Positions 40,669-56,183 of a stretch of DNA of 64,000 bases are shown in pieces (the stretch's first letter is position 1; each line of letters starts with the position of its first letter). Below the pieces are notes generated by a model that saw only the letters and a program-made list of their open reading frames with translations, was not told where the DNA came from and did no database searches. This stretch comes from Octopus vulgaris (lineage: Eukaryota): positions 105,772,001 to 105,836,000 of the forward strand of contig OX597814.1 of the NCBI GenBank assembly GCA_951406725.2, given 5' to 3'. A program made the position numbers and the translations under genes.

Positions 40669-42294
40669 AACTCACTCGGCGCTTCAACGTTTATTTATGA
40701 AAAATGCGAGATATTTTTTCCAGCGCTCTGCCGATTTTACTATCAAACCCTACTTTTAATCCGTAAATACTATCAGAAAATATATTTAATTCTATTTGTT
40801 TATACTAAGCCGCATAAATATTATTTAATTTCATTGTATTAAATATAATCTGTTAATAGATCTCTGTTTACAAATGTTCCTGATGCAGCCCCTCCCCTCC
40901 CCTCATCCTATTCATTATATTCACCAACCGATTCTTTCCCCCCCACCTCCTCCATCTCACCACCATTATTTCCTTAATTCCATTTTATTCTTTATATTCA
41001 CGTGTCCTTTAGTTCTTTTGGTAATTCTCTATTTTGTTGTTCTTCCGTCTCTCCCACTATTAATTGTTCAGACAGAAATGGCAAACGGTGCCAACGAAGA
41101 AAGGCACAAAGAGACGCACTTGGCCTTCTTTAAACTGTTTTGTTTGCTTCTAATGATTCGTCTTTTTCCTTTTTTTTTCTTTTGGTGCCATCAGTCGAGG
41201 GTTACGCCTCGCTGTGAGTGAAAGATATTAAATAAAAGCGAGGAGACAACAACAAAAATGGTGGGGTAAGACGTGAACATATATGTGTGTGTGGTGTGTG
41301 AGAATAAAGATGGCTCAAATTACTGAATTACTTCCGGTTGATTTCAAACGATAAATGCACAATAGCAATTACTTTAACTATCATGGCGGCGGTGGCGGCG
41401 GCACTACTGATAATTAACAACACCAACGTATGTTTGTTGGGGAGTATTAATGTTGTCTTTTTGATAAGACATAAAAGCAATTTGAGGTGGAATCGATTGT
41501 CGATAATTATCTATTGAGAACCATTGCCACTAGTAATAGAATAGTCGAACCCAGGACTGGTGCAGGACATCGTCACTTGTGCCAAAATTTAAAGAAACAT
41601 CGCACAGAAATTCAACTAAAGATTTGAAGCGTAGAGAAGAAATTAGAGCCAATTTCGTTAAATACTCTCTATCGTTTCTTTAAACTCGCAACATTAAACA
41701 ATGATAACGAGGGTTTCTTTGATTGCTTCCAGGACACCCGTTACACAGTAATGAGGTATTTTCTAAACGTAAACAAACTTACTTTCTCGCCTGTACGACT
41801 AAAGCGTCCGATTGAGAGGGTTTACAGTCAGAAGGTTACGGGAGAGTAATTACTGGGTTACCGATGATTCGTAGGGCAATGTCGTTGGTAGGTTTCTGAG
41901 TTTCTTTTTTTATTCATTCGAGGGTTTCTTTTTAACCTGATAGATTATAATTTGTCTCGGCTAGGTCAATACGCCAATAATAAACACACACACGCCTGTA
42001 TAGTTAGTAAGTCAGTTACATAGCTAATCAGTTAAAGAAGAGATTCTGAACCAGTGCATGTGTTTATTATTATTATTGGTTAATCACCCTCCCAAGATCC
42101 ATTTCAACACATGAATTCATATCGAGAATCTTCCATAGCAAATACAAAAAACGAAGTATTATAATTTATCTAATTCTCTTCGAGTTGAATCGTCAACAGA
42201 GACTTATTTGCATATTCTTTGATGCCTCTACACTGAACGTTTTAGATGTATATTAAATGTAAACATAACCTCACACACATATATACTTTTATGC

Positions 42295-42330
<36 letters not shown>

Positions 42331-42517
42331 CATTAAAAATGGTCCTTGGTCACAAGTTTACAGAAAAAGGATCAATAGTTGACTCGTACCCGGCTTAGAG
42401 ATAGTGTTTTAAAGCTCAAACGGAATAAAATCAGTCGAGCCCCAGTGGGATGCAATCGACTGACTCTCCTCCTAAATTCCAGGCCTTGTTCCAACTGTAG
42501 AATGGAAATTATTATTA

Positions 42518-42722
42518 AGACGGCGAGTTGATAGAATTTTTAGCGCGCCTAACCAAATGCTTAGCGGCATTTCTTTCGGATCTTTTCATTCTAAGTTCAA
42601 ATGGTGTCGAAGTCGATTTTAGCTTTCATCCCCTTGTGATCGATACCAGCTGAACACTGGGGTCAATGCAATCAACTTACCTCCACCTTTCAAATTGCTG
42701 GCCTTGGGCCAGATTTAGAAAG
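42518..42722 (+). mobile_element. SINE family A, degenerate monomer (preceded by another partial copy from about 42420)
   Basis: gacggcgagttgatagaa...aaatgcttagcggcatt...aagttcaaat...gctttcatccc...cactggggtcaat. Confidence 0.75.
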
Positions 42723-43539
42723 AAAATGTTATTGTGGATTTTGTTGCGAAGACGGCAGCGGTTAATGCCTCCTTACATTTGATCATTCTACCCATGTCTT
42801 CTTAACCTTCCCAATTAATCAACCTCCCCCAACCTCTACACCCCAAAATCTTTCATTCCCCGCCGTCTTCCTCTCCCCTCCCCCTCTCTCTCTCTCCATC
42901 TCTTCTTCACTGTTAACCTTTCCGTCCTATCCTTCTCATTATTATCGCTGTGTTTGCTCTCGGCTATTGTTCCGCTTGTCACACAGTGAGTAGAAATACG
43001 ATCAGCGGGACTGGTTTGACATCATTCCATATTGTCTGTTCGCTTTTAATGGAATATTCATTCTATGAAGAAACGAATAAATAAACAAATGATTACTAAA
43101 AGTAACGGATACAAATATCAACAATAGAAAACGTGTGTGTGTGTGTGGTTACTAGTAGCAATAGTAAAGAAAGCCAGGAAAAAAATAATAAAATGTTTTT
43201 AAAAAATTGACGAAAGCGAGAGGAAAATGGCGACAACTATATTTCCGCCATATTGTATTGTCTGTTTTATAGCAGTATGTCTATGTCGACTGAACATTGC
43301 TTCGTATTTTGTTTTAGAAATAAGTAATATTGTTTAATTAGAAATAAGTAATATTATTGCGATAGTTAATGATAACGGGAGGCTGGTCTACAGAATCGGT
43401 AGGGCGTCGAACCGAATACCTGGTCACGTTGCACAAGAAATATATTAAATATTTACTGGGAATTGGTGATTTGCCCTCTTGTTATTCAGTTTTATGCAAA
43501 TACACACGCAGGAGTATATGCATCCAGTTCTTTGGATAC

Positions 43540-43758
43540 TCTTTTCTACTCTAGGCACAAGACCCGAAATTTCTGGGGAGGGGGCTTGTCGATTAGATCG
43601 ACTCCAGTACGCAACTGGTGCTTTATTTATTGACCCCGAAAGGATGAAAGGCAAAGTCGACCTCCCCGGAATTTGTACTCAGAACGTAAAGACAGACGAA
43701 ATACCGCTAAGTTAGCACGCGAAATACCGCGTGCTAACGATTCTGCCAGCTCGCCGCC
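43540..43758 (-). mobile_element. SINE family A monomer (tail type 2)
   Basis: Family A core and head; CTTTGGATA on both flanks is a candidate TSD. Confidence 0.9.
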
Positions 43759-44224
43759 CTTGGTCCTTTGGATATTGTATAGGATAAGTGTGAAAGATGG
43801 CAAAAGGTGTTATATTTGTAGGTGTAAATACAATGTTGTGCCCCACTGGTTAAGCCTAGTCACGTGATAGGATTCTACGTAGCTTGCCGAGTCAGTTTTC
43901 GTATTGCTGTAATACAGAGGAAGTTACCTGAGAATAAGGTTATCATTGTCAAAGGTAATTGCTGTACGATGCTGCCTGGAACTAGCGAGAGCTGAATCTC
44001 ATGAAGTGTGACGGTCAAGCATCGACAGATTTTGCAATTCTGTTCGTGGATAATTTAGAAAAGCAACGGAGCATTTTAATTGCGTTCTTTGCATTTGGTG
44101 AGGAATTTGCCATGGAAGACGAAAGAATCTCGGTTGGGCAGAAGTGAATAACTTGCATATTTAATTAATTTTCTTTTTAATTTTAATTTTCTTACGTATA
44201 TAGGCGCATATATATGTGTTTGTG

Positions 44225-44427
44225 TGTCTGTGTTTGTCACCCTAGCATTGCCTAACAACCGATGCTGGTGTGTTTACGTCCCCGTCACTTAGCGGTTCGG
44301 CAAAAGAGACCGATAGAATAAGTACTGGGCTTACAAAGAATAAGTTTCGGGGTCGATTTGCTCGACTAAAGGCGGTGCTCCAGCATGGCCGCAGTCAAAT
44401 GACTGAAACAACTAAAAGAGTAAAGAG
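44225..44427 (+). mobile_element. SINE family B, 3' half
   Basis: Near-identical reverse complement of 23398-23580. Confidence 0.9.
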
Positions 44428-44499
44428 TATATATGAGGGAGACAGAGAGAAGGTGACATAAGATAAACGAAGTGTCGAACGAAAACCTATTATGTTAGA

Positions 44500-44716
44500 T
44501 AGTATTTCCAACGGCCATCGCAGGTGTTACGTTCCACCCCCACCCCACCCGCCATTGTTGAAAATCCGCGAAGTAGAAACAGTACTGTACTGTATATTTT
44601 TTTTAATATTATTTTTATAATTTGTATATATTTATTTTGTTATAAATGCAAAACAACACCACGGAGGAATCGACGTAAGCTTAAATAATGAATCGCGATA
44701 CGGCGAGGGATTACCG
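44500..44716. mobile_element. Tigger/pogo-like MITE
   Basis: Right end CGCGATACGGCGAGGGATTACCG-TA resembles a CAGTAATCCCTCG-type TIR. Left end tagtatttccaacggccatcgc is a degenerate match. Confidence 0.55.
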
Positions 44717-45178
44717 TATAGGTGAATTGCGTCCTTTTGCTCTTAGTTGACTTAGCCATTTGACAAACGGATAGTAATAAAATGAGTTCCCGGCAAAGTA
44801 ACGGAGTTTCATATGATCCACTCAAAGCCTTCTATACCAATGTATGCTTTAGCTTCGACCGGGACTTTTTCAATCGCTTCATTCATTCAGATGTTTATAT
44901 ACATAAAATGGAGATTATTTATCTAAAATGGTGATGATTGTGATCGTAATCGCGATTGTTATGGAATCATGATGATGACGATGATATCTGTGTCCTCCAT
45001 TTTACTTTTCTTAATTAACTCCCCCCCCTTCTCTCCCTCCCTCCTCCCTCTCCCTCTCTCTTAGATTTTAAATACTTACATTGAAATAATTACATCTTGC
45101 AATATCTTAAATTGGTTTCATTTTATATATTTATCATTTTGAATCATCCAGTTTTATTTATACACCACTATTATTGTC

Positions 45179-45219
<41 letters not shown>

Positions 45220-45423
45220 CTTTATCATTATCATCATCATCATCGTCATCATCGACTCATCATTGTTGTTGTTGTTAATTCCATTCCATTCATTCGTTCT
45301 TCTATTGTTTGTTTGTTGACAATTACCATGAGGAAGAATGGAAGCCATTCTTGTTTCAAATTAACATTTAATCGCTTTTCTTTACCCCTCTCTCTCTCTC
45401 TCTCTCTCGTCATTTTAAAAGAA

Positions 45424-45454
<31 letters not shown>

Positions 45455-45739
45455 ACAAAGTATTTCTCAAGTCGTATACATTAATGTCGATTTATGTTTT
45501 CAAGAAATGTTGGCCTCTAAGATATGTTTTATGCAGACTTTTTTTCTTCTCCAAAAAAGAAGAGAATATGATCTGCATTAGCGTTTACACGTAAAGATAT
45601 ATTCGCTGTTAATGTATTGTTACTGCAAATCTGCACCTTAGAATAGATATGTGCTTACATATGCACATACTCATATGTGTGCGTGTATATGTGTATGCAC
45701 ATAAATACGTGTGCTTGCATGTATGCTATTATTCTTATG

Positions 45740-45787
<48 letters not shown>

Positions 45788-45859
45788 GAAAAATTCTTTG
45801 AGCAATGCAGATAAGGATGTAGACAAAAGACGTAAGATGATAAACAATAGTTGATCAAA

Positions 45860-46053
45860 GAGAAAAGGTGTTGCATTACCTTGCATAGGTTGTTTAATGG
45901 TGCTATATTTCAGAAGAGTATCCTCTTTTCAAATAGAAGAAAGAAAAATAATTAGTATTTATTACTATTGATGACTTCTATTTGAAAAGAGAAAACTTTC
46001 CCGAAATATTGAACCATTAACCAACTTATGTAAGGTAATGCAATATCTTTCTC
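45860..46053. repeat. Long imperfect inverted repeat (core arms about 80 bp, 35-bp spacer; weak pairing may extend to about 45797-46118)
   Basis: ttgcattaccttgcataggttg...ctcttttcaaatagaag pairs with cttctatttgaaaagag...caacttatgtaaggtaatgcaa. Confidence 0.9.
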
Positions 46054-46517
46054 CTTGGTTCTATTCATCGACATCACCTTAAATATTTTGCCCAACCACT
46101 CACCTGCCTCATACAAAGTTACTCTTTATTTTCAAATATCAATATTTTTTACACACACTGCAATCATAGTACACTGCCTGTCATCACATTTGATAATGTA
46201 TTCCTAGAAATACGTAATCGACTGGACAGTGCTGGTTGGAACGCCATGACTCTCGAAAACTTGCCTGGTCAATGAGACTTGACCGAAGATTAAAGGTCAA
46301 CAAGGGACCTTATTTCTATGTGGAGGACTTAGTCTAAATATTCATACGCACATAATATGCGTACAATGTCATATATTTGCTCCTGTTTATTTCGTCTTCA
46401 TATGATTCTATATATAACCGTATGTAAAATACATAAAAAAATATATGGGAATGACCGCATATAGGCAGAGAGGGCTTATATATAGAGAAGACAACACAGA
46501 CACACACACATACACAC

Positions 46518-46548
<31 letters not shown>

Positions 46549-46936
46549 CTGTTATGATTTGCTTGGAATGGGAGGTGTAGTATGGGAGCATGAACGTTGT
46601 GTGTGTGTGTATAATAGGATGAATGCAATGGTAATATATATATGTATGTATGTATATGTGTATATGTATATGGGTAAACATGTAAAAGTATGTATGTAGA
46701 TGTATGTTTATATATACATATATATATATACACATACATGCATGCATACATACGAATTTGCGTAAGTGTATGTGTATATTGTGTTTGCGCGCGCGCGTTT
46801 GACAGCTGCTTCAAACTGACCTTTTCGTGCAATTTCATGTATGTCAAGAGAAGACAAAAAATGTATTCCTTTTCTTTATATATTTCTTCATACTCTAGAA
46901 ACTGCTTTTCGTTCTGTTTCACATACATATATATGT

Positions 46937-46972
<36 letters not shown>

Positions 46973-47560
46973 TTCCTCAGGCTGCTAACATGGATTCTGT
47001 TTCTTTTTTACTCCACTCATGTCGTTCTTTTAGTTTTGTTAAATATTTGGGCAGAACTTGCTCTGAACTCATCTAAAATCTATTTAAAAGATCATTATCA
47101 ATATATTATACGCTAAAATATCGCTGCAAGCTCGCCAATTTGATTGTGTCTCTCTCGTCTTTATCCTTAGCTTTTTCTTCCATCAGCATGGGGTAAGCAG
47201 TTTTAGCTTCAGTTAGCTTTCTCATGCACTCTCTTCATAAAAGCTTCTTTTATTAACCTCACAAAACGCCTATATGTATATATGTATGAATTATTTTTAT
47301 TCTTATTGTTGTTGTTATTATTATTATTATCATTATTATTATTATTATTATTGCTATTATTATTATTATTATTATTATTGCTATTATTATTATTGTTATT
47401 ATTATTATTATTACTATTATTATTACTATTATTATTATTATCAGAAATGCCTCTATATCATACATACCATTTACTTCTATTGAAGTGTAATTGCTCAAGC
47501 TGGTATTTATCATTTCTGTGTATTCACACTGAATATTTTCATTCTCAAACACATCACTGC

Positions 47561-47597
<37 letters not shown>

Positions 47598-47988
47598 GTA
47601 ATAGTAATAATATGTCCATTCATATTTATTCGCCGTAGTTGTCAATATGTACCTTATTATCAGCTTTTCAAAGCATGTTTCATAATACGAAAAATTGTAA
47701 CCCACAACCAGCGAAGTTTGGGTGATTTTTTTTTATTTAAGACGATTCCGCGTTGTAAATAGATATTAGATTTAAATCTTTACTATTTACTCCTATATGT
47801 TTCTACAATACTATGTAATAATACTATCTATTACTATAGTGTAGTATGTTAATACATGCTAACATATATATGATTTTACTATCTGCCTTATAGGATAGTC
47901 GGGTGGGAATGTGTCATGGTCGAGTTGATGCTGTTGTTATGCCCGAAGCTAATTCTCATAGAACGAACGTATGATCAAGGGTTTTAAG

Positions 47989-48031
<43 letters not shown>

Positions 48032-48799
48032 GTATACGTGTGTGTATTTGTGTATGTGTGTGCGTGTGTGTATGCGTATGTGTACTTCTGGGCAAAATAT
48101 GTACTACGAGGAATAGAAACGGATGTAAGACTGAGAGTTTTTACGGAGAGTCTTATATGGTGATCACACACACAGACACACACACACACTCACTCACTCA
48201 CTCACTCACTCACTCACTTACTCACTCACTCACTCACGCACGCACGCAAACACACATTCAAATAGATTCGTGCATAGTAACGCACTTATACGTATGTTTG
48301 TTCGACGAACGACAGTGTCAGCTTGCTAAATCTCATCAATCAGTCATTGTTCCCAGAAGTCCGTGCGAGACTAAAGACAAAAGAACGCCCCTCAAGGAGC
48401 GTATATTACTCCACAAATATACAAACCGGTAATTATCGTATCAGGTCAAGACATGGATCAGTGACGACGGCGATATCAAATATAAAGAACCGAGTCGAAC
48501 TTGGTATTGTCAACGTCGACAACTAGTTTAACGATGTCATATTTTGTCTGTAGAAATACATCGACACACACACGTTCACACACACATGCGTACATCCTTT
48601 CCAACTCGGCTATTTTCTCTCCTTCGTTGATTTTTCACAATAAGATACTATTAAACTTCTATTTGATACTTGTGCGCACGCACACACCACATGCAACGCA
48701 TTGCATGCGACGCACCCAGCCAAGCCATGCACACAACGCACACATGCTACTCATACACACACACACGCATATATACAGAGGCACCATACGCATATAATG

Positions 48800-48831
<32 letters not shown>

Positions 48832-48955
48832 TCCTCTTAGACTGACACAGGTTTTGGCGAACGAGGATATTAATGACTAGCACAAAATTAAGAGAAAAAG
48901 TAGATGACGTGGTTCGGATTGAGAAATCGCCATTGACCCTTCTCACTCTCTCTGA

Positions 48956-49001
<46 letters not shown>

Positions 49002-50412
49002 CTCTTTCTCTCTCTCTCACTCTCTGCCTCTCTTTCTCCCGCTCTCTCTACCTCTTTTTCTCTCTTACTCTCTCTGCCCCTCTCTCTCTTTCACTTTCTC
49101 TGGCTTTCTCTCTCTCTCACTCTTTCTGCCTCTCTTTCTCTCTCTCACTCACTCTTTCACACATACACACACATCCCTTTATGCGCGTGTGATTGTTTCG
49201 TATGTGTGTGCGAGTATATGTATATATATATATATATGTATGTGTGTATGTTTTATATGTATATACACTTAATGTGTGTGTATGTGTGTATGTTTTATAT
49301 GTATATACACATAATGTGTATGTATATGTGTGTGTGCCTATTTACACTAGTGCGACGTCCACAATCGACTAAAATATCGGTGAGAGGTTTTGGGCCGCCC
49401 CATCTCTGTATTGTTTTTAATCATTTCTCCTTTCTCTAATTTTTTTTTATTTAAAATGCCACCTGTGTCTGCTCCACCCAGTGTTGATAAATAAAATACC
49501 AGTAATACGCGTATTTAATTGATTTAATCAACCCTATATCCTTTCTTTCAACAATTGTCCGTCTGGCTTCTAAGAAAGCAATTCGCATTTACTCTCCGCC
49601 TTTCTCCATATTTCGTTCTTCATGTTTACTTTCCTTTCAATGCAATATTCCAAGTGTGTGTGTGTGTGTTTAAAAACTATAGGCTTGAGTTATTTCACTC
49701 AATAGGCTCTGTTCACGGCAGTTTACCTTCATCTCATCGGTAGACAAGGAAAAAGATGAAAGCTGTGAAGTAATATTAGGCGAAAAATATGATTTTGAGT
49801 TGTTTTTCTCATCTGCACGCTTCGCTACCTCATCCATTGGCCTCTACTAACTTCTCTGATTATTTGATAGCAAAAATATGAATGATGGGAGGCGAAGGAA
49901 AAAGAAGAAGTAGAGTAATCGAAACTCTAATATCGCCAGAACCTTTGTGGAGATGAATTGTGAAAGGAGATAAAACAGAAGACCAACAAAAGAGAATAAG
50001 AAAGCTTTCATCCGTTACCGCCATCTGAAGAACCAGTTAATTCCCCCCGAAAGCTAGCTTCTAATTCAACTCAACCTGGCTTTAACTATTACTGTTTAGA
50101 AACCTTACTCGTGACCTTCACCTTCGAACTTTTACTCTACTCATTTCTGTGTGTGCGTGTGTGTGTATCATTATCGATTATCATGTTGTAGAACCGAATT
50201 CCATTGATTTGCTTTGTGTTATCTGCCGAATCTTGCCTCAATGATCTGTCAATTAACTGATATAATTGAGTGCGACTTCTCGGATTTCTTGTTTTATTAG
50301 GTAGAAAAACTGACAACAGAAAGGCACTTAATATAAACACACACATATGTATACATACATATATGCGTGTATTCGTAATGTGAGTATGTATATGCATGCG
50401 TGTATGTATGTG

Positions 50413-50585
50413 GGCACAGGAGTGGCTTTGTGGTAAGTAGCTTGCTTACCAACCACATGGTTCCGGGTTCAGACCCACGACGTGGAACCTTGGGTAAGTG
50501 TCTTCTACTATAGCCCCGGGTCAACCAAAACCTTGTGAGTGGATTTGGTAGACGGAAACTGAAAGAAGCCCGTCGTATATATGTG

Positions 50586-50630
<45 letters not shown>

Positions 50631-50631
50631 G

Positions 50632-50694
<63 letters not shown>

Positions 50695-50739
50695 GTGTGT
50701 GTGTGTGTGCGTGTTTATGTGTCTGTCCCCCCAGCATCG
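50413..50739 (+). mobile_element. SINE family B, 5' half with expanded internal (TA)n
   Basis: GGCACAGGAGTGGCTTTGTGGTAAG...GGTTCAGACCC...CCTTGGGTAAGTGTCTT...GAAAGAAGCCCGTCG. Confidence 0.9.
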
Positions 50740-50743
50740 TATA

Positions 50744-50783
<40 letters not shown>

Positions 50784-50852
50784 TGTGTCTCTCTGTGTGT
50801 ATAAATATATTCAAGTGGCTTGATAAATAGTCTTTTATTACTCAGATAATAT

Positions 50853-51249
50853 TCTTTTCTACTCTATGTACAAGGCCCGAAACTTTTGGGGGAGGGGCCA
50901 GTCGATTAGATCGACCCCAGTATGCAAATGATACTTAATTTATCGACCCCGAAAGGGTGGAGGGCAAAGTCGACCTCGGCGAAATTTGAACTCAGAACGT
51001 AAAGACAGACGAAATACCTATTTCATTATTGCCCACAAGGGGCTAAACATAGAGGGGACAAACAACGACAGACAAAGGGATTAAGTCGATTATATCGACC
51101 TCAGTGCGTAAGTGGTACATTATTTATCGACCCCGAAAGGATGAAAGGCAAAGTCGACCTCGGCGGAATTTGAACTCAGAACGCAACGGCAGACGAAATA
51201 CCGCTAAGCACTTCGCCCGGAGTGTTAACCTTTGTGCCAGCTCGCCGCC
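50853..51249 (-). mobile_element. SINE family A dimer (tail type 1 + tail type 2)
   Basis: Same architecture and same junction (GAAATA|GGTATTTCGTC) as 31328-31721. Confidence 0.92.
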
Positions 51250-52106
51250 TTTTATCTATATAATATTGTGTGTGTGTGTGTGTGTGTGTGTGTATTCCTG
51301 TATTCCCACGGAGATTGTATGAAACGGTGACGTTAATTAACAATTTAAATTACACTTAACACTTCCAGACAAAATCGATTCGCTTTTTAACAAAAAAAAG
51401 TCACATAAAATGAAAGTAAAACAAATAAATTGATCAGAAAATAGTTCCAAGATGATGGCATCTAGTTACAGAGTGTCTGAAGAACCACAAACACACACAC
51501 ACACACACACAAACACACACACCACACACACATACACACTCACACACACAAGCACACACACACACATACACTCACACACTCACACACACAACTCACAAAC
51601 AGAACCACATACTGGAAAACTGGTAATCGGACGGTTGGTTGGATTAATGGCTAAGTCCGAAGAAGAGCATTCAAACAGAATTGGTTGAGATGGACAACTA
51701 GTCACCAGGGCGAAGGAATTGTTACAAGATTGGTATTGAAACCTGTCCACATATTGATGAAATTTGTAGGTTTTAAGTAATTTTTAAAGGTACTCAAACA
51801 GCGTGTTACTTGCCGGAGTAAAATGAAGAGCAACGGGAATTCTTTAGAAAACATCATTGTGAAGTGTATTCTAAGAATGCTCAGTATATTTATCATTCCA
51901 TGGAACATTTAGGAATAGATGACAGTGCTGTTGACGAATGTCTAGTAGCCGATGACAATAAGAAAACATAGAACTACCTTGATGGGGTAAGAGAGATTAC
52001 TAGCAAAGCTAGGGTTACAAGCAGTCTAGTTGATAAAGTTACCAAAACGGAAATGAATGGATACTTATATAAAAATATAGGCATGGTGTGAGCATGTTGC
52101 CACCTA

Positions 52107-52192
<86 letters not shown>

Positions 52193-52778
52193 GTTGGTGA
52201 TTGTCGAAAGAACTCTCAGTTTATCAGCTTACGTCTTCAGTTTCTACAAATGTTCAAGCCATATGGCATGTAGTCTACTGGGAATCTTTACGTGGTGGGA
52301 GAGTGTCTCTGCGGAGGATCTTGAAGAGAAGAGGAGAAAGGGGGAGAGAGATGGAAACGTATACGACGACACAAAATGGCTGATGTACCTTTCGTAAAAT
52401 ATTTATTATTGTAAACGTAACGGGGGTTTCCTATTGCAGACTCTGTATTAGTTAGTGTAACAGAGTCTGCACATGTCGGCAACCATGTTTCATCGTTCGT
52501 CCTCCTTCAATAGCTAAACTTTATCAGCCAGATTTCTGCTTATTTACTTTGCTATACTCTGATACCATCTTTTCACTAATTTCATTTTCTGTCTTATAAT
52601 TTACTTTACGGTAATTTCTTTTTTTTTTATTTCATTTATCTCATGTATATTATTTTTGTTTTCTTTTCTTTCAATCCTAATCTATTTTGAACACCATCGC
52701 AGCCATGTGCACCAATTTCATATCAAGGAAAACCAGAAGATATTTCCAGCATTATACAAATACTTATGCACAAATGTA

Positions 52779-53554
<776 letters not shown>

Positions 53555-54822
53555 CATGAATGTATATGTATATAGTTTTCTTTTATATTTACAAACATTT
53601 ATATACAAATGTGTGGATACATGTTATATATATATATACATTAATATATGTGCATAAGTTATATATGTAAGTTGGCATATATATGTATTACGTGTATATG
53701 TATGTATGTATGTGTATATATGATGCGTGTATGTATCAGACCTGTCGCGGTATGAAATCTTTAGCATGAATATATTGAGGAATGCACGTCTCTAAGCGAA
53801 CATCTGCAAATACATATCTTGCGTGGGATTTGTGTGTGTTTGTGAGAGTCCCTGTGTGCGAGTGTATGTCCGTGTGTATGTGAGGCAGTAATATATTCAA
53901 TGCCTGTTAGCGTTTCACTTGGACATGTTTGTTCAAAAGTTGCCCAGGACAACAAACAGATAATTAACGATGATTACATCGACATGCGGCAGTTGCCTCG
54001 TGAGACATGCTAATGTTTCAGACTTTTTGATTGTTTTTCTTTAATCTTTTTGTTTCTTTGACTGTTTGGGTATTTGTGAGGAATTGGAACTGGCGCGGGA
54101 GGGGCAGAAAGCACGTCACCAACTCGATTTGCTAGGAAATTATATCTACTCTACGGCCCTTAGCCGCTACCGCACCGCCATCATCATTCTCTCGTTGAAA
54201 GAACATCTATCTTTTTGTGTGTATAAGTATGTCTACTGGTTCACTGCCCACGCCATCTTTGTTTATCCCCTCGATTACACACACACACACAGACACAGAC
54301 ACACGCGCGCATGTATGTATATGTGTACGTTGCACACTTCTCTCTGCCGACATCAATAACACTTCAAAAGCTGGAGTAGAACTTATGAATTAGAGACAAC
54401 AAATGTATTGTTTATAACTTTCACAGCCAGAATCTTCCTCACAATCAACATGGCTGCTTTGTACAGAAATATTATTAAGTCATCATTCCTCCCACTCAGT
54501 CCCTCCCCTTCTCTCTCTGTCTCTGCCACTCATTTTTTTCTTTTCATTGTTAAAGCCTCTTCTTTCTCTTTATCCTTGTTCTGTCTAGATCTGTCTGTCT
54601 GTCGGTCTTTCTGTCTGCTTGTCTGCAGGTCTGCAGCACCTCCTCCCTCGCCCTTCACCCATCCGTTTTGTTTTGTATCCACTTTCACTATCTTAATATG
54701 TATACATACACACGCACTCACACACACACACACACACACAGACGACCATCCATAGACGCATACATACAGACATATGCATGTAATACATATAGATGTATTT
54801 ATGTATTTATGTAATGCGTTTG

Positions 54823-54886
<64 letters not shown>

Positions 54887-55693
54887 CGTAGTGCATACGT
54901 CTACAGCTAAGTACGTGTGTATGTGAACATTTATATGTATGTATGTATGTATGTATGCATGTTTGTGTGTATTTATGTATGCGTTTGTGTGTATGTATGT
55001 ATTTATGTATATGAAGCTATGCGCGTGAGAGACAGAGGGAGAGTCGGAGACCCAGAGAGAGATGAATGCTTCCATATGCGCTTACATAGATTCTAAAATA
55101 AACAAATAAATGCTTAAAGAAAGAAAAGGAAAAAAGAAGGGACAGACCAAAATAGTATAATCACATTTGAAGTATTTCAGATGTTCGTTTATACATACAT
55201 CCCTCTGGAACGAACATTCTGGAAAAACTTTTTCCTTGCACAATAAATAACTTTTCTATGTATTACTCTGTGTGTATGTGTGGCTATTTGTATCTGTATG
55301 TGTATGTACGTATTTCTGTGTATTTGTGCGTCTATTCTTATTTGTATATATGTGTGTATATGTTAGCAGTGTGTGTTGGCATTGATGATGAATGGTAAAA
55401 CTGTTGTTGTTACAAGTGGCAACCATTGAAATATTGCTAAAAATGACGTCCTTGTCAACCAATGTTCCACCATTTTGATTTTCCTCACTTCTTCCTCAAT
55501 CTTATAGTTTTTATTTTTGTGTTTTTCTTGCCTTCCTTTCCCCCACTCCCCCCAGTTTCTCATTTTTTATAATCTTAAAAAATTTATTTACGAATGTTCT
55601 ATTTTTTTTTGTTCGTGTTCTTAATCTGACTGCCATGCGTTGTTCTTGTTTCTGCAACTATTACCTTTTATAGGCATTTGTTTATCCCTCGAT

Positions 55694-55725
<32 letters not shown>

Positions 55726-56147
55726 TGACGAATTAACCAGAGTCAGAGTAAACAAAGAAAAAAAAAAACAAAGACAAAATAAGAAATGTTAAAAGGCCAA
55801 TAAATAAAATTATAAAAGTTCGATATTTTTCTAGGTAAACTTTTTTCGCGTATTTATTCAGAAACCGTACGGATATGTACGTGTATAGCCTCGACATTCA
55901 GGATCTACAGCGAATTTTTCACAGTCAATAATTGTGTGACCATGACCTTTTTGTTCAATACAGTGACCAGCATGTATGACCTTCACATTCAGTAACTGCA
56001 GTGATATATTTATTATATAGCCTCGGCATTCTGCTGTCTGAAAAAAAGGTTCGGGAGCTTAATGATTCTCTGATTAATATGTTAGGAAATTAACACCTAC
56101 AACACACCCTTTAATAAATGTGTGAGTGTGTGTGTTTGTGTGTGAGT

Positions 56148-56183
<36 letters not shown>

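Noticed and set aside
51700-52095. Possible CR1-type LINE 3' remnant
   Set aside because: Only a vague peptide resemblance; no diagnostic motif recovered.
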